Assembly (NCBI GenBank): GCA_013265495.1
Contig: MU058059.1
Location: 1,178,001-1,242,000 of the forward strand
DNA: 64,000 nucleotides
DNA from: Vicugna vicugna
Lineage: Eukaryota
Direction of reading: 5' to 3'
The translations under genes were made by a program, and so were the position numbers. Positions 25,788-39,369 of the stretch are shown here, one piece after another (the first letter of the stretch is position 1; each line of letters begins with the position of its first letter). A model generated the notes under the pieces. That model was not told where the DNA came from. It saw only the letters and a program-made list of their open reading frames with translations, and made no database searches.

Positions 25788-28700
25788 CTGTGAAACTAAA
25801 TGTGGCCAGGTATGTGGTCAGTGGGGTCTTCCTGAACCAAGGCAATAGGGGAAGCTGAGCAGATCAGCTGGGGAAGTGCATGGGCTGAAACTAGATTGCT
25901 CTCACCTGGCCGTGCCACATGCTAGGGTTGCTCCTTGCTGTTTGCCCCGCCTGGGAGGTACAACTTAATAAGTGCAGGGTACACACAGGTGGAAGCCTGG
26001 CTGAGGAGCCCCTGTTGTCAAAGAAAAAGAAGCCACCTCCTTCAAGATGAAATGGTAGATCTAAATCATCTCAATCCCATGTTGGTTTATGAAATTAACT
26101 GGGGAATTATTTACTCATACCTAAAGGCTTTGAGGGCCAGGCATTGGACTAGGTGCTTGGGAGAGCAGGGTCCTCACTATGGCAGGCAGCAGAGGGCAGG
26201 AGGGCAGTCACATGAACAGAAGTGACACTGTTGGATCAGTGTTGTAAGAGTTTACAGAAGATGCTCGCAGAGCCCAGTGGGACTGGGGCCTCATCAGTAG
26301 TTAGGGTGGAGAAATGTAGGTCTCCTTGAAAGCCCTGTTCTTGTCTTCAAATTAAGAATTATGTGAATGGTATATCCACCTGCGTCCAGTAATCCCATCA
26401 CCTCTTGTAGTTCTTTATTCCTTTCTCTTTGGGTGCTTTCCCCTTACCCCAGGGACCAGTACCCCAAGCAATAAACTTCTACTACCTAATCAAGCCCCAA
26501 AGGGTATCTTTTGTGGGTCCTAATCCTGCAAATGCCACCTAAGAGAAAGATGAATTTCTTGGACAGATGAGTTTACCTTACTAATGGGTGACTGTTCTAT
26601 CCACATGTCTCTGGGGTAACATGCCTTTTAATGGGGCCCTCAAATCCTTCACCTGAGTCACTAGTGCGGGGGTGATGTGAGCTGGCAAGGGAAGTGTTTG
26701 GGAGCCACTGGTTCTCTTGGATCATCTGAAATCATAGCACATGTGGAGAAGCTTCCTTAAGCAAATGAAGTTAAAAAAGTTTATCCCAAGCCGGGAAAAA
26801 AGTTCTGATTTAAAACTACAATGCTCATACATTTATTAGCATTTTTTTTGATTCCTCAAAAAAATAACTGAGAAGGCCTTTGATGTATCAAATATTAAGG
26901 CTTTGATGTATCAAATGCTCTGTGCCTGGAGGGATTAGTTCTGATTAGAAAATTCGGGTCTCTGGTCCCTCATCAGGCCTTTAAATGACTTGTGTATCCT
27001 TTCAATAACAGGGAAATGGCAGGGCTGGTGTCACTTGGGGAAGGTGCCGCGTTTGTAGTGGCATGCTGTGTGTCTGTCCACGGAAGACTGTTCAGTTTCC
27101 ACCCCGCCGAGGGGACTTGGGGGCCAGGAGGAGGCCTCACTGATCTTGGGGATGTCAGTCACAGTAGTAGGTCCGGAAATGTTCATGCATTCCTTAAGGA
27201 TGGGCACTTCTCTCTGGGTCCCTGGTGCCCATGGGCCTGCTTTTTTTTTTTTTTTAAATCTTCCAAGGAGGACAACCTGGTGGCCTTTAGTATCTAATGG
27301 TTCTCCTTTTCCATGTGGCTTTCACCTGGGCTCTTTGGGCATGAAACAGTAAAACTAAAGTAGGACTTTTGCAAAGTAAACTTAGTAAGACACGGGCTGG
27401 GCCCTTCTCCCAGCAGAGTGGGATACATGAGGGCGTATGGAGAACAATGGAAGCTGGGCGGGGCGGTGGGGTAGGACCTGACACCCTGACACCGAGCGGT
27501 CTTGGTTCATCTTTGATCTGAAACATCTCTGTTAAATATTTTTCAGTGGTCATGCCCTTATTCACTCTGGAGAGAAAAGAAGTGTCCTTATAGAGTACAG
27601 AAGGTTGCCCAGTGTTGTGGGGAAGAATGATCTGAGATGCCGCTGACTGTGGGTCTCTGCGCTCTCCCTGCCTCCCCTCCCCATGGAAACCGCTCTGGTC
27701 CTGCTCTCCTGCAGAGCAGAGCCTCTGCCCATGGAGAAAGCAAAAACCAGAGAAACTCCAGCTTTGGGCCACTTCCTGTGAAGCTGCTGCCCAAGAGCCT
27801 CCTGACAGCTTAGCTGAAGTACAAGGTCTTTTGCTAGCTGGGGGCAGTGACTCTGACTTTACTCTCCCAGGGCTGTTTACTGTTTTGCAAGTGAACAAGT
27901 AAGCTGTGCTCGGGTTTGTGGCTCAGATGAACCAAGAGTGACGCATCTGTTCTCCCTAAATGATCTCCTGACCCGCAGGGCGGAAGGCGATTTTCCCTGT
28001 AGCTGAATTCAGGGTAGGTCTGTGCTACTGATGCCCGAGGAAACAGCTGTGTTGGGTGGAATTAAAATACCCCTCACACCTAAGCGTCAACCTGGAAGCA
28101 GCTCCCTTCACTTCTGCGCCCATCCCACTGGGAAGACCTGCATGTGGGCCCCGAAGGCAAGGGTCTAGGACTCGTGATCCCGAGTATTGAGGAGGGGCAC
28201 CTGATGTGGGTGAGCCCTCAGGAGCTCCTCGTGTTTTACAAGCATTCTGGGGGCACCTGCCCTGGACTATGTATTGTTTGAGTCACCAACATTATTAAGA
28301 AAGTCCTTGCGCTGGAGGATGCATGAACTGCAGGGAATAAGGGGCGTGAAAGAAGGATTAGGCTCATAGGAAAAGTTACAACAGGACAGACACTTTAATG
28401 AAAGGGTTGGTATATTCTCAACTTCAGATATGGGAACAATACCGACTGGGGAAATTGAGAAAGAATAACAAAGTAGGTGACAGTTGAGCTGGGTCTTAGA
28501 GAATGATATGTATTCCTTAAGAACACACTGTAGTCTCATTTGAAACAATGCCTTTGCAAATGTTGCAGTTAGTTTTAGCACCCTAAGTTTTGCAACAAAG
28601 GCCCAGCATTCTCTGCTGCTTTAGTGCAAGAAATGTCTTTCAGTTTCCAAAGAATCAAGTAACGTACGAGCACAGTTGTCTCATCGGTAAGAGGTGAAGT

Positions 28701-29639
28701 TGTGTGACCCACAAGGAGCTAACCAGAGACCAGGTGCAGAGAGAATTGTCCCAGGATGGCCACGTTCTTAACATAGAATCAGAACAGGAGGGTTTACAGG
28801 AATTTTGTATTTCCTTTGCACGCGGAGGCCATCTGGGAGATGTGGTTTAGGTGCTGTAACGTGGGATTTGAGATATTCCAGAAACTTTTAGCCACAGAGG
28901 GAAAGAATGTTAACATCCCCGAAAAATCTATGATTTGCTTTCACTGAACAAAGACAGCCCGTGGCTGGTGTAACGTTAGTTTACTGAAGACTTTCCGCCG
29001 CAGGACAGCTAACGGTTGCTGCTGCTTCGTTTTCCCTTCCTCCGGGTACGAGGAAAATTCCTCTCTCCTGCAGTTTTAGCGAGAACCTCCACCCAGATTC
29101 AGAAAGGATGGATGTCAGTAGTTATAACAAGAACTTGCTGTGTGCGAAGTGTAATCCTAGGCGTTTATCGCCCCATAACCATACCGCCCTCACCGTCGGA
29201 ACCAACCGCACCTCTAACTTACAAGCTAAATTCTAAGCAGCTGAGGACACACACGCTACGCAGCGGCAGAGCTAGAGCCTGAGCCCTGCGAGTCCGACCT
29301 CCAAGCCTCAATTCTTGGTCACTCCACTGTTCTCTCATAAACTGAGTCACCCTATAGAATGGGTGAATGACCGGGCTTCCTCCCTCAAGAAGTGGAAGTC
29401 TGGTAGGCTGGTTTTCAAATGACTACGCCGCAAGATTTTCTCCCTCAGGTAACTGAGCCTACATAAAGCTTGTCTTTGTTAAAAACGACCTGTGGTATTT
29501 ATCCATTTTAAGCATCTCCCTTGCTCTACTGAAGGCGAACAGGTAGCTGACTTGAGCCCCCCCCCCGTCCCCCATAGCAGCGTGGCTAGGAAGTCTGGAC
29601 CAGGTTCGTTTTCCTCAACAAGTCAAACGCTGAGGCGCC

Positions 29640-30720
29640 AAGGTTTACAGCAGAGAAAGAAGAGAGAGTAGAACCTCAGCCCCACCTCCGGGAGGGCTGG
29701 GCACCCAGGTATTTACGGGAGGAGCTGGGAGGCGGAGGATGGGGATGCGTGCGGCGCCTCGGGAAACGTGACTGGAAGCACGTACGTCATGGTGGTTCTG
29801 CGCAGGCGCAGCTCAGCCACGGGCCTTTGCACGTGCACTGAGGCAGCCCGCTCAAGGAGGGCGTTTTCAGCCCTCTGACGTCAAGAGGTCGCTCAGCGGA
29901 CACTCGCGCATGCCCAGATGGAGGGTCGCTAGTGGTCCTAACCAGTCTTATCCAGCGCAGCTCCGGCTAGACCCAGCGGATGCGAGTTCCTGGAAAGCGA
30001 CTCCAGCAAACATCTCACGGTTTCGGCTCCGGCTCCGGGCGCTTGGAGCTGGTACCAGGCTTTTGCGGCGACAAATAAAACGACCCGGATTAGTGAAGAC
30101 AGGTAGCGTGTGTTTGACTAATAATGACCCCCGGTTTCACCTCCACCAGTCACGGGAAAGGGGGCACACGGGAGGAAAGCTAATGGCCTTAGGTGAGCCT
30201 GTCAGGCCGCTCCACGGCGTCTTCGTCACCAGTCTCCTGGCAGCCAGTTACCTGCGACCGGCTTAGAATACCTGCTTCTGCGGACGCGAAGGGGAGGTGG
30301 CCCCCCTCTTCTGCCTCGCTCGTGCTTAAGCTTTTTAAAAGACCCCCTCGACCAGCTCCTGGTAGAAACGTCAGATGCGTTAGGATGGAGGCGTTTTTCC
30401 CTAAGAGCTTTCTCGTGCACCTTTTCCCATCGACTTTGTAAAACCTGCTGGCCTTTTGGGTGGAGCTGCCTGCTGCAACCTAGAGGCCCACTCAGGCCGC
30501 AGGCGCTCACATTTGCATATGCCGCAGGACCTATTTCTGGGCGCCGGGGACTGCTGCCCACACACACAATCTGCCTCCTCTCCCGGCAGGGCCTCCGCTT
30601 TCCCACAACTCCAGCTTCTCCGGAGAGACGGGGGTGCGCAAAGCTGCCGTCAGAAGTTGCCGAGGCTCCAGTGAGAAGTCCCTGAGTGGTGACGTTGGGG
30701 CAGACGAGTCATGGAGGAAA
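29640..30720. promoter_or_regulatory. CpG island / probable promoter
   Basis: Locally high CpG density. NRF1 TGCGCAGGCGCA 29799-29810, E-box CACGTG 29830-29835, CRE TGACGTCA 29876-29883, GCGCATGC about 29906, octamer ATTTGCAT 30511-30518. Plus-strand donor AAG|gtgaga at 30721/30722. Confidence 0.7.
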
Positions 30721-31569
30721 GGTGAGAGGGTCTAAGGCGAGACTGGAGAAATGGCATTCCTAAGGTTTCAATCAGGTGAAGGGGGGCAGCCTCTGCTTTC
30801 CCACAGGGTTTAAGGTGAGGGCATGTTAATCAGAAAGGATTTATTATAACGAAATCATTTTATGTGACACTCTACTAACTGGAACAAGGCTAGCTTTGGC
30901 TTTTCAGTGTATAATAACCGAGGGGCTCTTTGAACAACTGGCTCTTCAGTTGATCGGTCATGTTGGCTCTGTGGTTGGAATAAAGGAATAAAATCAGCCC
31001 TGCACCCCATTTTGATAACCATTTCTTAAATCACTTGTTTACCCCAAATTGTGGAGGGAGCGGCTCGTAAACTAGCATAGACATCACAGGCTTCAGATCC
31101 CACCTGGTCTTCGCCCTCTCCACAGCAGCCTCGTGGAGAAGAGTGCTAATTACGCTGATTGAATCCTCGTGGCTGAGCTCCTTTTCAGCTGCTTTGATTT
31201 ATTCTTTTGAGTATAAACGAGTTTTCAATGAGAATTACAGAATAGGCAATACCAGAGGAAAAATGCCAGTAGAATCTATGATTCCAGATGCTGTTCCAAA
31301 TAGCTATTGAATTCCTTAAATTATTAGCTCTCCAAAACCCTGTCCCACCCTCCCTACCCCACAGGCTTACACAGTTGAGATTCGGGAGGAAGTCCGGGGT
31401 CACAGAAAAGCTCCTGGCTCCCACGGGAAGGCCTCAGGACCCTGACCCTTGTCTCAGCAGCAGCAGGTGTTAAGCAGTAAGGCCCCATGCTGATTTCTTA
31501 CATGACTAGAGCGTAATAAAGACTTTTGAGTGAAGCCATCATATCCTAAAGCCGTGGCCTCTTAACAGT

Positions 31570-31680
31570 GGGGTCACCGACTTATCCGCGTTTGTCTGGG
31601 ATTCAACTGATCTAGAAACAAAGTTCAACATCCAGGAAACCCCTCAGTCTGGGACAAACTGGGATGATTGGTCCCCCTAC
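31570..31680. mobile_element. MER94-like hAT element
   Basis: Terminal gggtcaccgact...gtttgtctgggat and gggacaaactgggatgattggtcccccta inverted ends. Confidence 0.5.
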
Positions 31681-33566
31681 TTAAAAGGCACTTAAAATGC
31701 AGCTTCCCTGGGATGCGATATGATTTTCTGTTTGTTTTGTGGTCTGGAGCTGCTGTACCGTCAATATTCTATGGGCAGTTCACTCCATTATCAGAACGGC
31801 ACCAGGGAACCCATTTAGCTGAGGAGAGGGATGGGGGTATGGTGGGAGGGGGTAGAATAAGGGACAAGAGAGCAAGAAGATTAATGTCATGTTGTAGTCG
31901 GACCACAGGGCTTCTTTTACACTATAAATGTTACATGAAGTGGTGATGTAACCTTTACCACAGTGTGGCATGGGATTTGGCTGTTTTTATGGCTCGTGAT
32001 TAAAGTAGGAAACAAGTCTCTGATTAGATTATTCTTCACCCCCACCTCTGTCCTTCACATTTCCAAGAACACTGTTTTATTCATGAACTCAATCTAACTC
32101 AAACCCAAACACCAGAATACGTAGATCACAACCTAGAAAATGCATCATCAGAAATGTCTTGTTTATTCTTTGCCCAAAAGTATTTATAATCTAAGATATT
32201 GACTTTGATAAGCACTGCAAGGGGGGAAAAAAAGTTGAGTCTTGTAAATTCTGCCTCCTTTTAGGAAGCATTATCTATATGTGGTAAAATCTATTGACGT
32301 TCTGTTGAGGTTACATAAGAAAATAGATGGTTTTTAAATTATTTTAGTTTGTTGCAATTGCAGATAGCTAAATACAGTTGGTGAAAAAGCAAACTGAGCT
32401 CTAAGGAACAGAATTCAATCTATTGCTTTTCTCCTTCTGGTCTATCCTAGTGATTTAATTATTTGTGAAACTTTTAAACTCAGTTGACTCCCTTGGAATT
32501 TATCCAGGTCGGAGGATGTTTGGTGTTACACTGGTTATATCTTTTGGTCCTGGTCCAGCAATTAGCAGCTTGGCTTTATTTAGTCATAAAGATCTAAGTA
32601 TGTTGGAAATGCCAGTGTGCAGTGCTTAACGTCTTTAAATTACATCTATTTTTAAAATTCAGAACATTGAGTCTGCTTATTACGTGGAAGTGCAGTAGAG
32701 CTACCAGGTTCAAATTGAGAGAAATTTTTGTCTCTTTTAGCCCTTTCTATAGACTTACTGGGTGGGAATTAAAAAATTAAACTGTGATGACTAGGGCTCA
32801 ACATTAAAATGATCCAGTATAAATAATGTCAGAAGGTGAGCTTTCATAAATCAGAAAGTCTAATGATAAAAATAGGTAAAGGTCTAAAATACTGCTCTGG
32901 TTATTGGATGCCATCTCCTGGCTATAATTACTGTTTGATACAACTGGCCATCCTTTCAACGCAGAGGGAGAATCATCAAGACCTATTGTTAAAATTCAGA
33001 TAGCATAATATGGCATAGTTATTTTGTGCAAATCAGTCGCTGAATAAGTATAGCTACATTTTGAAATTCAGGTTGCATTTTGGAAAAAAAAGCTGCTATG
33101 AACTTAAAGTGTTGTGTAGCTTTAACTTGTTTTTGTAAATTTTGGTCTCCCAGGATTATGTTGTGGGACCATCTAACGGCTATTGATTTTTTTCCTAGCT
33201 TATTTTCCAGCTGTATTATCATGTCTAGGCATCAGGATACAGTTCTTTCGTCAGTGAACCTTAAGACATTTTGCAAAGTGGTCAGATCCCAGCTGTTCTC
33301 CATGTAGAACTTGGCCGGTGCCAACTAAAATGGCTCAAGTGCTGCTGATGAGCACACAGGGTCTCTTGGCATTTCTTTGTTTAGAACAGTTAGCACTGGA
33401 AAGTTAAGCACAGAAGCTAATCTCTTGCACTTCACGTCTGTAAATTCTGGCGTTTGAGTGGGGATGTGGGAATAGTAAGGGACAGTGTGAACAAAGGTGT
33501 TTACACCTCCTGTGTTTCTTAAATTAGAGGGAAACACATGTAGCCAGTTGTGCTGATGTTCTAGAA

Positions 33567-33782
33567 CAGGCCTTGCTAAACTACAGCCTGCTGACCAGAT
33601 CCAACCTGCCCCCTGACTTTGTAAATAAAGTTTTATTGGAACACAGCTGTGCCCATTTGTTTACACATCTTTAATGGTCATGGGGATGGAGGGACGGTGA
33701 GTCATTGCAACACACACCCTATGGCCGGAAAAGCCTAAAATATTTACTCTCTGGGCCTTTACAACAATTTTGCTGATGCCTG
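33567..33782. mobile_element. MER58A
   Basis: ttgtaaataaagttttattggaacacagc...aagcctaaaatatttactctctggg; flanked by ttctagaa/ctctagga. Confidence 0.8.
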
Positions 33783-34569
33783 CTCTAGGAACTTAGACTT
33801 TATTTCGTTAAGACTCTCTTTTATTTAAAACTCACAATCAGCAGCTTGGCTTTAGTCGGCACATGCCTTGCCCCAGCCTGGCGTAAGAGGATGTGGGCTC
33901 CCCTGCTGCAGCTCGTACCAGCCCCTCCGGCTGGACGGGCCCAGGCTGCACCACTCCCCGCAGTGCCCAATGACAGCATGGGGTGCCAGCAGGGCCCTGA
34001 ACAGAGCAATGGGGACTCTGCCTTCAACTTTCGGCCTCCAGAGGCTAAAATACATGTAGGAGGGTTGGTAGTAAAATTGACCTTCATGTTTATTGAGCTA
34101 GAGAGGCTGTTTTCTTAAGGTTTGGTGAACTGTCAGCAGCTTTGCGTTGTGCAGACTGTCATGACTTAAAACGACTTCATGTGGATAAGAGAAGCCAAAA
34201 TCAAAGAAGCCAGAAATACCTGAAAAGCAAAAGCCCATTCGTCTTTAAAAAGAAAAAGAAAACAGGGCAAATAGGCCAATTGACAAGAATTTGGGGAATA
34301 TTTCCATATGCTGTTCTAAGGTGGAAAAGAGATTCAGGAAACCCCTAAAAGGTGCTTTTACAAATGCCCTGTTTACTGATAGATTTCAGACCCCTCTTTC
34401 TGTTAAAACTCCCTACATGGTGATAACAATGGAAAAAATAGAATTTATATAATTTCTTTGGCGGTCCTTTTGGAGGCATCATCATTTATCCTCGAATGTG
34501 TTCTGTGATAAGGAAGGGAGAGGTATCATCTGTCTCCAATTTCAATGAAAAGAAAAAGAAGATTGCGAA

Positions 34570-34770
34570 CAGGCTGTGTCAGAGCCAAGCTGGGTTTGGA
34601 TGACAGCAACTATTCACTGGCTGTGTGATGTTGGGGTAAATTATCTCTTGGGGTAAGAAGCTCTCTAAGCCTCAGATTCTCTCAGCTGCATCCATAATAA
34701 AGACACCCAGCTCTTGGGTTTGTTGTAAGGATGTATGAGATAATGTCTGCAGAACAAGAAGCGCAGTGAC
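34570..34770 (+). mobile_element. MIR
   Basis: ctggctgtgtgatgttgggg...ctctaagcctcag...gttgtaaggatg. Confidence 0.5.
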
Positions 34771-34829
34771 TGTCCTCGGATGTGTGCACAGTGAAATGTG
34801 TGTGGAGGTGATGAGTCACCAGGCGTGCA

Positions 34830-35378
34830 GAAGGGTTAGCCCCGCAGGCGTGGGCCTGCTGTCCTCAGAAAAGCCTGCTTGCAAGCGTGGCCCTTGGCTG
34901 GTATCTGGGAACTTGACTTGTAAACAGCCCCTGACAATGATAGAAAACTTCCTAACTGACAAGGTGGCTCCCTGTGCCTCCACTGTGGGTGCAGACAACG
35001 TGGTGTTCTGTGGAACACCTGTTTTCCCTCCAGGAGTCTAGAATGTTGGTAGATTTTAAAAGCAGAGGGTGCCTACGTGACCAGCTCCTGTGAAAATCCT
35101 TAGACCTTCCTAATGAGGACCTTGCGTTCTCTGATCTCCCTGGGCAGAAGTGTCATACACTTGTTGCTGCAGAAAGGTGCCCCGTCACCAGAAGGAGAGC
35201 AGTCAGGGGACCCTGCACAGGAATCCCTTCAGATTCTCCTTTTCTTTTATGATCTGGCTGGATATCTTTATTACCGCCTAAGTCATCTTAGCCATGAGTC
35301 AAACTATGTGCTGAGTCCCCTGAGTCCTCCTAGTGCATCTCCACCATGGGGGTGGTCTCAGGGGCCTCCGACACACTG
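34830..35378 (+). mobile_element. MER21-like LTR (ERVL class)
   Basis: aaagcctgcttgcaag...cccttggctggtatctgggaacttg...gggtggtctcaggggcctccgacaca. Confidence 0.65.
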
Positions 35379-35684
35379 TGTATAGTTCCTCTGTATTTTA
35401 ATGCTAATTTGATTAGGCTAGCCCAGTAGTTGCCAGCCTTGGCTATAATTAGAATTAGCCGGAAAATTGCATACACATCCCTCTCTCCACCCCAACTGCA
35501 CACACCCTGCCTCACAACAGTCAAATCAGGATTTCTGTTGTGTAAGACCCAGGTATCAGTATCTTTGGTTCTGACATTTCCATTTGGTTCTTTTTTTTTT
35601 TTTTAATAGTTTCTTTGTCTTTGTGGAAATTCTCCCTCTCTCCAGGCATGTTGTCAACCTTTCCCACTAAATCTCTTGGCATCT

Positions 35685-37110
35685 TTTTTCTTTTAAATTT
35701 TATTTTGAAATCATTTTAGATTTACAGAAAAGCTGAAGGAACAACATAGAGGGAGCCTGCGTACCCTTCACCCCACTTTCTCAAATGTTCACATCGCATA
35801 CAACCATAGTAGAGTTATTGAAGCTCAGAAATTGACATTAGCACGGTATTGTTAACTACACTACAGCATTTGTTTGGGTCTCACTAGATCTTTCCAGTGA
35901 CATTTTCTTCTGTTCTGAGATGCAATCTAGAATTTAATTTTGCAATCTCTAATTGTCATGTCGCCCGAGTCTCCCCTGTCCTTGGCAGTTCCTCAGTCTT
36001 TGTCTGTTACAGCCTTGGTCCTTTTGAAGGTACTGGTTTTTGTAGACGGTCCCTCCATTTGGGTTTGTCCAGTGTTTTCTCAGTAAGATTCAGTTTGCGT
36101 AGTGATGCATTTCTTCATACAGAAGTGATGCATTTCTCTCCATGTATTACAACAGGGTATATTACGTTGATCTCTCTCATCTTGCTGGTGGTGATACCCT
36201 TGACCACTCGGTAAAGGCGATGTGGGTTTCTATATTGTGAAGTTTTGTCTCTATAGTTAATAAATTTCTTAGAAACATGGAGACGAAAATATGCTGCTGC
36301 TTCTCAAACTTTTGCCCGCTCACTTAGGCAAACTTTTGGATCTTGCCTGCAACAATTCTACCTGTGGTGTCTAAGGATAATTTTCTGTTTCTTTCTTTTC
36401 TTCTACATCTGTTAATTGGAATTCTGTAAGAAAGCTGTCTCTTCTCCCCCGTTTACTTATTCAGTTACCTATTATGTCAGTATGGACTCATGAATATTTA
36501 TTCTATTTTATGGGTTGTAATCTAACAATATCATTATTTATTTTATGTGTATTTATAAATGGTCCAGCTTCAGCTGTCGGGAGCTTTTTCGTGTTGGTGC
36601 CTCTGCCTTTTGACATATTCCATCTTCTTCTGAGTACTTTCTATGAGATGCTCCAGTTTCATCCCATATTTTCCCTGCCCCACCCCTAGGACCAGTCTGG
36701 CAAGGAACCCCTATGCCTTTAATTGGAGAATGGAATTTAAAAGTAGGATCTGGGCTCTGGTGCCTTTGCCCGCAGTCCCTCTCAGTGGATGGAATTTGGA
36801 AATAAATGCATGTATCCTATCCCGTACCTGCATACCCACTCTTAATTTCCACACCTGTGTATCAAATGCACACACGTTCATACCCATGTCTCCAATTCCA
36901 GCCCAACACCTCAGGGTTAATTCTTTATTCTTACCTTCCTCCTTTCCTAATTTGTAACTTTTTTCTCTGACAGTGAGAAACCTTGTTCTCATTATCTGTA
37001 TTTTCTGTTTATTCAATTCTGGTACACATACAGAGTAGTTGCAGAATTGCTAACATTTTAAGAAACAAATTTACTAAGTGGAATTCTGTGTTTGTGTGCT
37101 GTTCTTTGTG
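35685..37110 (-). mobile_element. L1MC/L1ME 3' region
   Basis: ttttattttgaaatcattttagatttacagaaaagctg...tacccttcacccc. Confidence 0.7.
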
Positions 37111-37818
37111 TTTATCCATTGGCTTCTTTACCAGAGTTATTTTAAACTGGTCATGCCAATGTCTGGGGCCATCTGGGTCAGCATCACGTGACTCGTTCGT
37201 ATTTTTGATCACATTTTCTTGTTCCTTTGGTGTGCCTTGTAATATTATCTTTTATTTGAATACTTTTTAGTAAAAGAATGGCAGATGCGAATTAGATAGC
37301 ATTTGCCCTGCATACAGGCGGGTCCCTACTTGGTCAGGCTGCTAGAGAGAGAATGCAGATAGATTCAGTCTGATCTGTGGTTGAGCTGGGTCTGAGCTTT
37401 GCAGCAGCTTTAGTTTGGCTCAGTCACTAGTTTCAAATGCTTTGAAGCAGGATCAGGACTTGCGTCACTAAAGGGACTGGGACACAAGCACCCAGTGAGA
37501 TGCCAGTGAGCCCTTGTGCTTGACAGCTAAACCTCCAGTTTTCTGCTGCCTGCTCCGGATCCTCAGATCCTCAAAGAGGTTTTGTTCTCCAGTCCCACCC
37601 CCGCCACACACCTTCTGGACCATGAGAGTGGTCCCCCAGCACTGCTTTATGCTCTGTGGAGGCCTCAAATGCCTTGGAGCAGTTTCTTTTGGTTTCCCTG
37701 CCCTCTTGTCTGCTTTGGGGGTACCTGCCTTGCACTTGGGGGAGGCACTTCATGCCTTGGTTGGTGGGGGGGATGGCTCTCAGATCTCTGATGCTGCCCT
37801 AGCCTTTGATATCCTACC

Positions 37819-38340
37819 TGTGGTAGGCAGGGTGATGGCCCCTCAGGGATGTCTGCATCCTAATCCCCAGAGGCTACAGATTCATTAGATTACTTGGACA
37901 AGGGGACTGGAAGTTGCAGATGGAACTGAAGTTGTCAGTCAGATGACCTTAACAAAGGAAGATGATGCTGGGTTATCCTGGTGAACCCAGTATAATCCAA
38001 GGGTCCTTAAAAGTGGAACAGGGAGGCAGAAGAGCAGAGGCAGAGGAGGAGACAGGATGATGGAAGCAGGATCTAGAGATACAGTGTGCTGGCTTTGGAG
38101 ATAGAGAAAGGGTACCACCAGCAAGGGGTGCAGGCAGCCGGCAGAGGCTGGAAAAGGCAAGGAATGGAGTCTCTCCTTGATCCTCAGAAGGGAACGCAGC
38201 CTGGCCAGAACCTTGGTTTTAGCTTAGGGAGCCTGAGTGTCAGCCTGCTGACCTACGGAACGGGAAGGTCATGAGTTTGGGTTGTTCTCAGCTGAGGACT
38301 CTGTGATCTGTTCCTGCAGCAACAGTAAAATGATCTACAC
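37819..38340 (+). mobile_element. MLT1D-like LTR
   Basis: tgtggtaggcag...cctaatccccaga...ggctggaaaaggcaaggaatggagtctctcc...gcagcaacagtaaaatgatctaca. Confidence 0.75.
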
Positions 38341-38459
38341 CCCCAAGCACTTGGTGAGGATCTGTGGGAAAGCCTCGCCCCGTGGTCAGAGCCTTGGAAT
38401 CAGGGTCATGTGAAGCAGCCCACTTGTGGTTACTGAACGTTCGTGAAGAATTGGGCAGG

Positions 38460-38823
38460 TGTTCTGGGCTGAATTGTGTCCCCACAGGATTCATATGCTG
38501 AAGTCCTGACCCCCAGGACCTCCAAAGTAACCATATATGGAGAAAAGGTCTTAAAAAAGGTAATTAAAATAAAATGACATGTTTAAGGTGGGCCTTAATC
38601 CAACATGACTGGTGTCCTTATAGAAGGACAGAATCTGAGCATAGGCCTGTGTGTGCGCAGAGGAAGAAGGCAGCTGTCTACAAGCCCAGGAGAGTGGGCT
38701 CAGGATAAACCAGTTCTGCCTGCACCTCCATTTTAGGCTTCTCACCCCCAGGCTGTGAGGAATTCCTTTGTTTAGCGGCCGCCTGCTCTGGGAGCTTTGT
38801 CCTGGGCCCAGCAGGCTGATACA
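38460..38823 (+). mobile_element. MLT1B-like LTR
   Basis: tgttctgggctgaattgtgtcccc...ccttaatccaacatgactggtgtccttata...ctgataca. Confidence 0.75.
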
Positions 38824-39369
38824 GCGAGTCTCACAATTCTCCTGGGATGCACTGAACTTACAAGTAGATCTATGCACTTTCAGTAAGTGGTTACTGAGTT
38901 TCTCATTGTTTAAGAGAGAGGCCCAACCATGTTCAGAAACCTAAAATCCTCACTCAGTGAGTGAATGAGTGCAGTTATTAGTAAGTTAGACAAAGAACAA
39001 AGTAGGCAAAGAACAGAGCACTTAGGCGTGGAAGAGATGGCAAGGTCACTGACACAGAGATTGTTCAAATTCGATTGTCCTACACAGAAGCTGTGGTGGC
39101 ACCTCCTGTACACCCCCAGAGGGGTGTGAAATGGCCTGTCTGCTGGCTAAGGCATGTCTTGAGCCCAGGTACAATTAGCAAGAAATGGAAACACTTGCTA
39201 TATGGCCTCCCTCTCCTCTTTGTTTGTTTGTATTCCAAGATAACTTTGGATGTTCTGTTGGTCCTCTAAGCCAGGATATAATATATTGATTCCTTTTCTT
39301 TTAAATCACATTTCTTTGCATTACTGTTGTGGCTTTTATTTCAATTAGACTTTCCCGATATCTTCTATT

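Noticed and set aside
26872..26915. Short tandem duplication aaggc(c)tttgatgtatcaaat
   Set aside because: Two copies only; ordinary slippage.
27287..27898. Longest ORF in the track (203 aa, minus strand)
   Set aside because: No recognisable motif, non-ATG start, and the MTTP-like alignment needs no exon here; probably a chance ORF.
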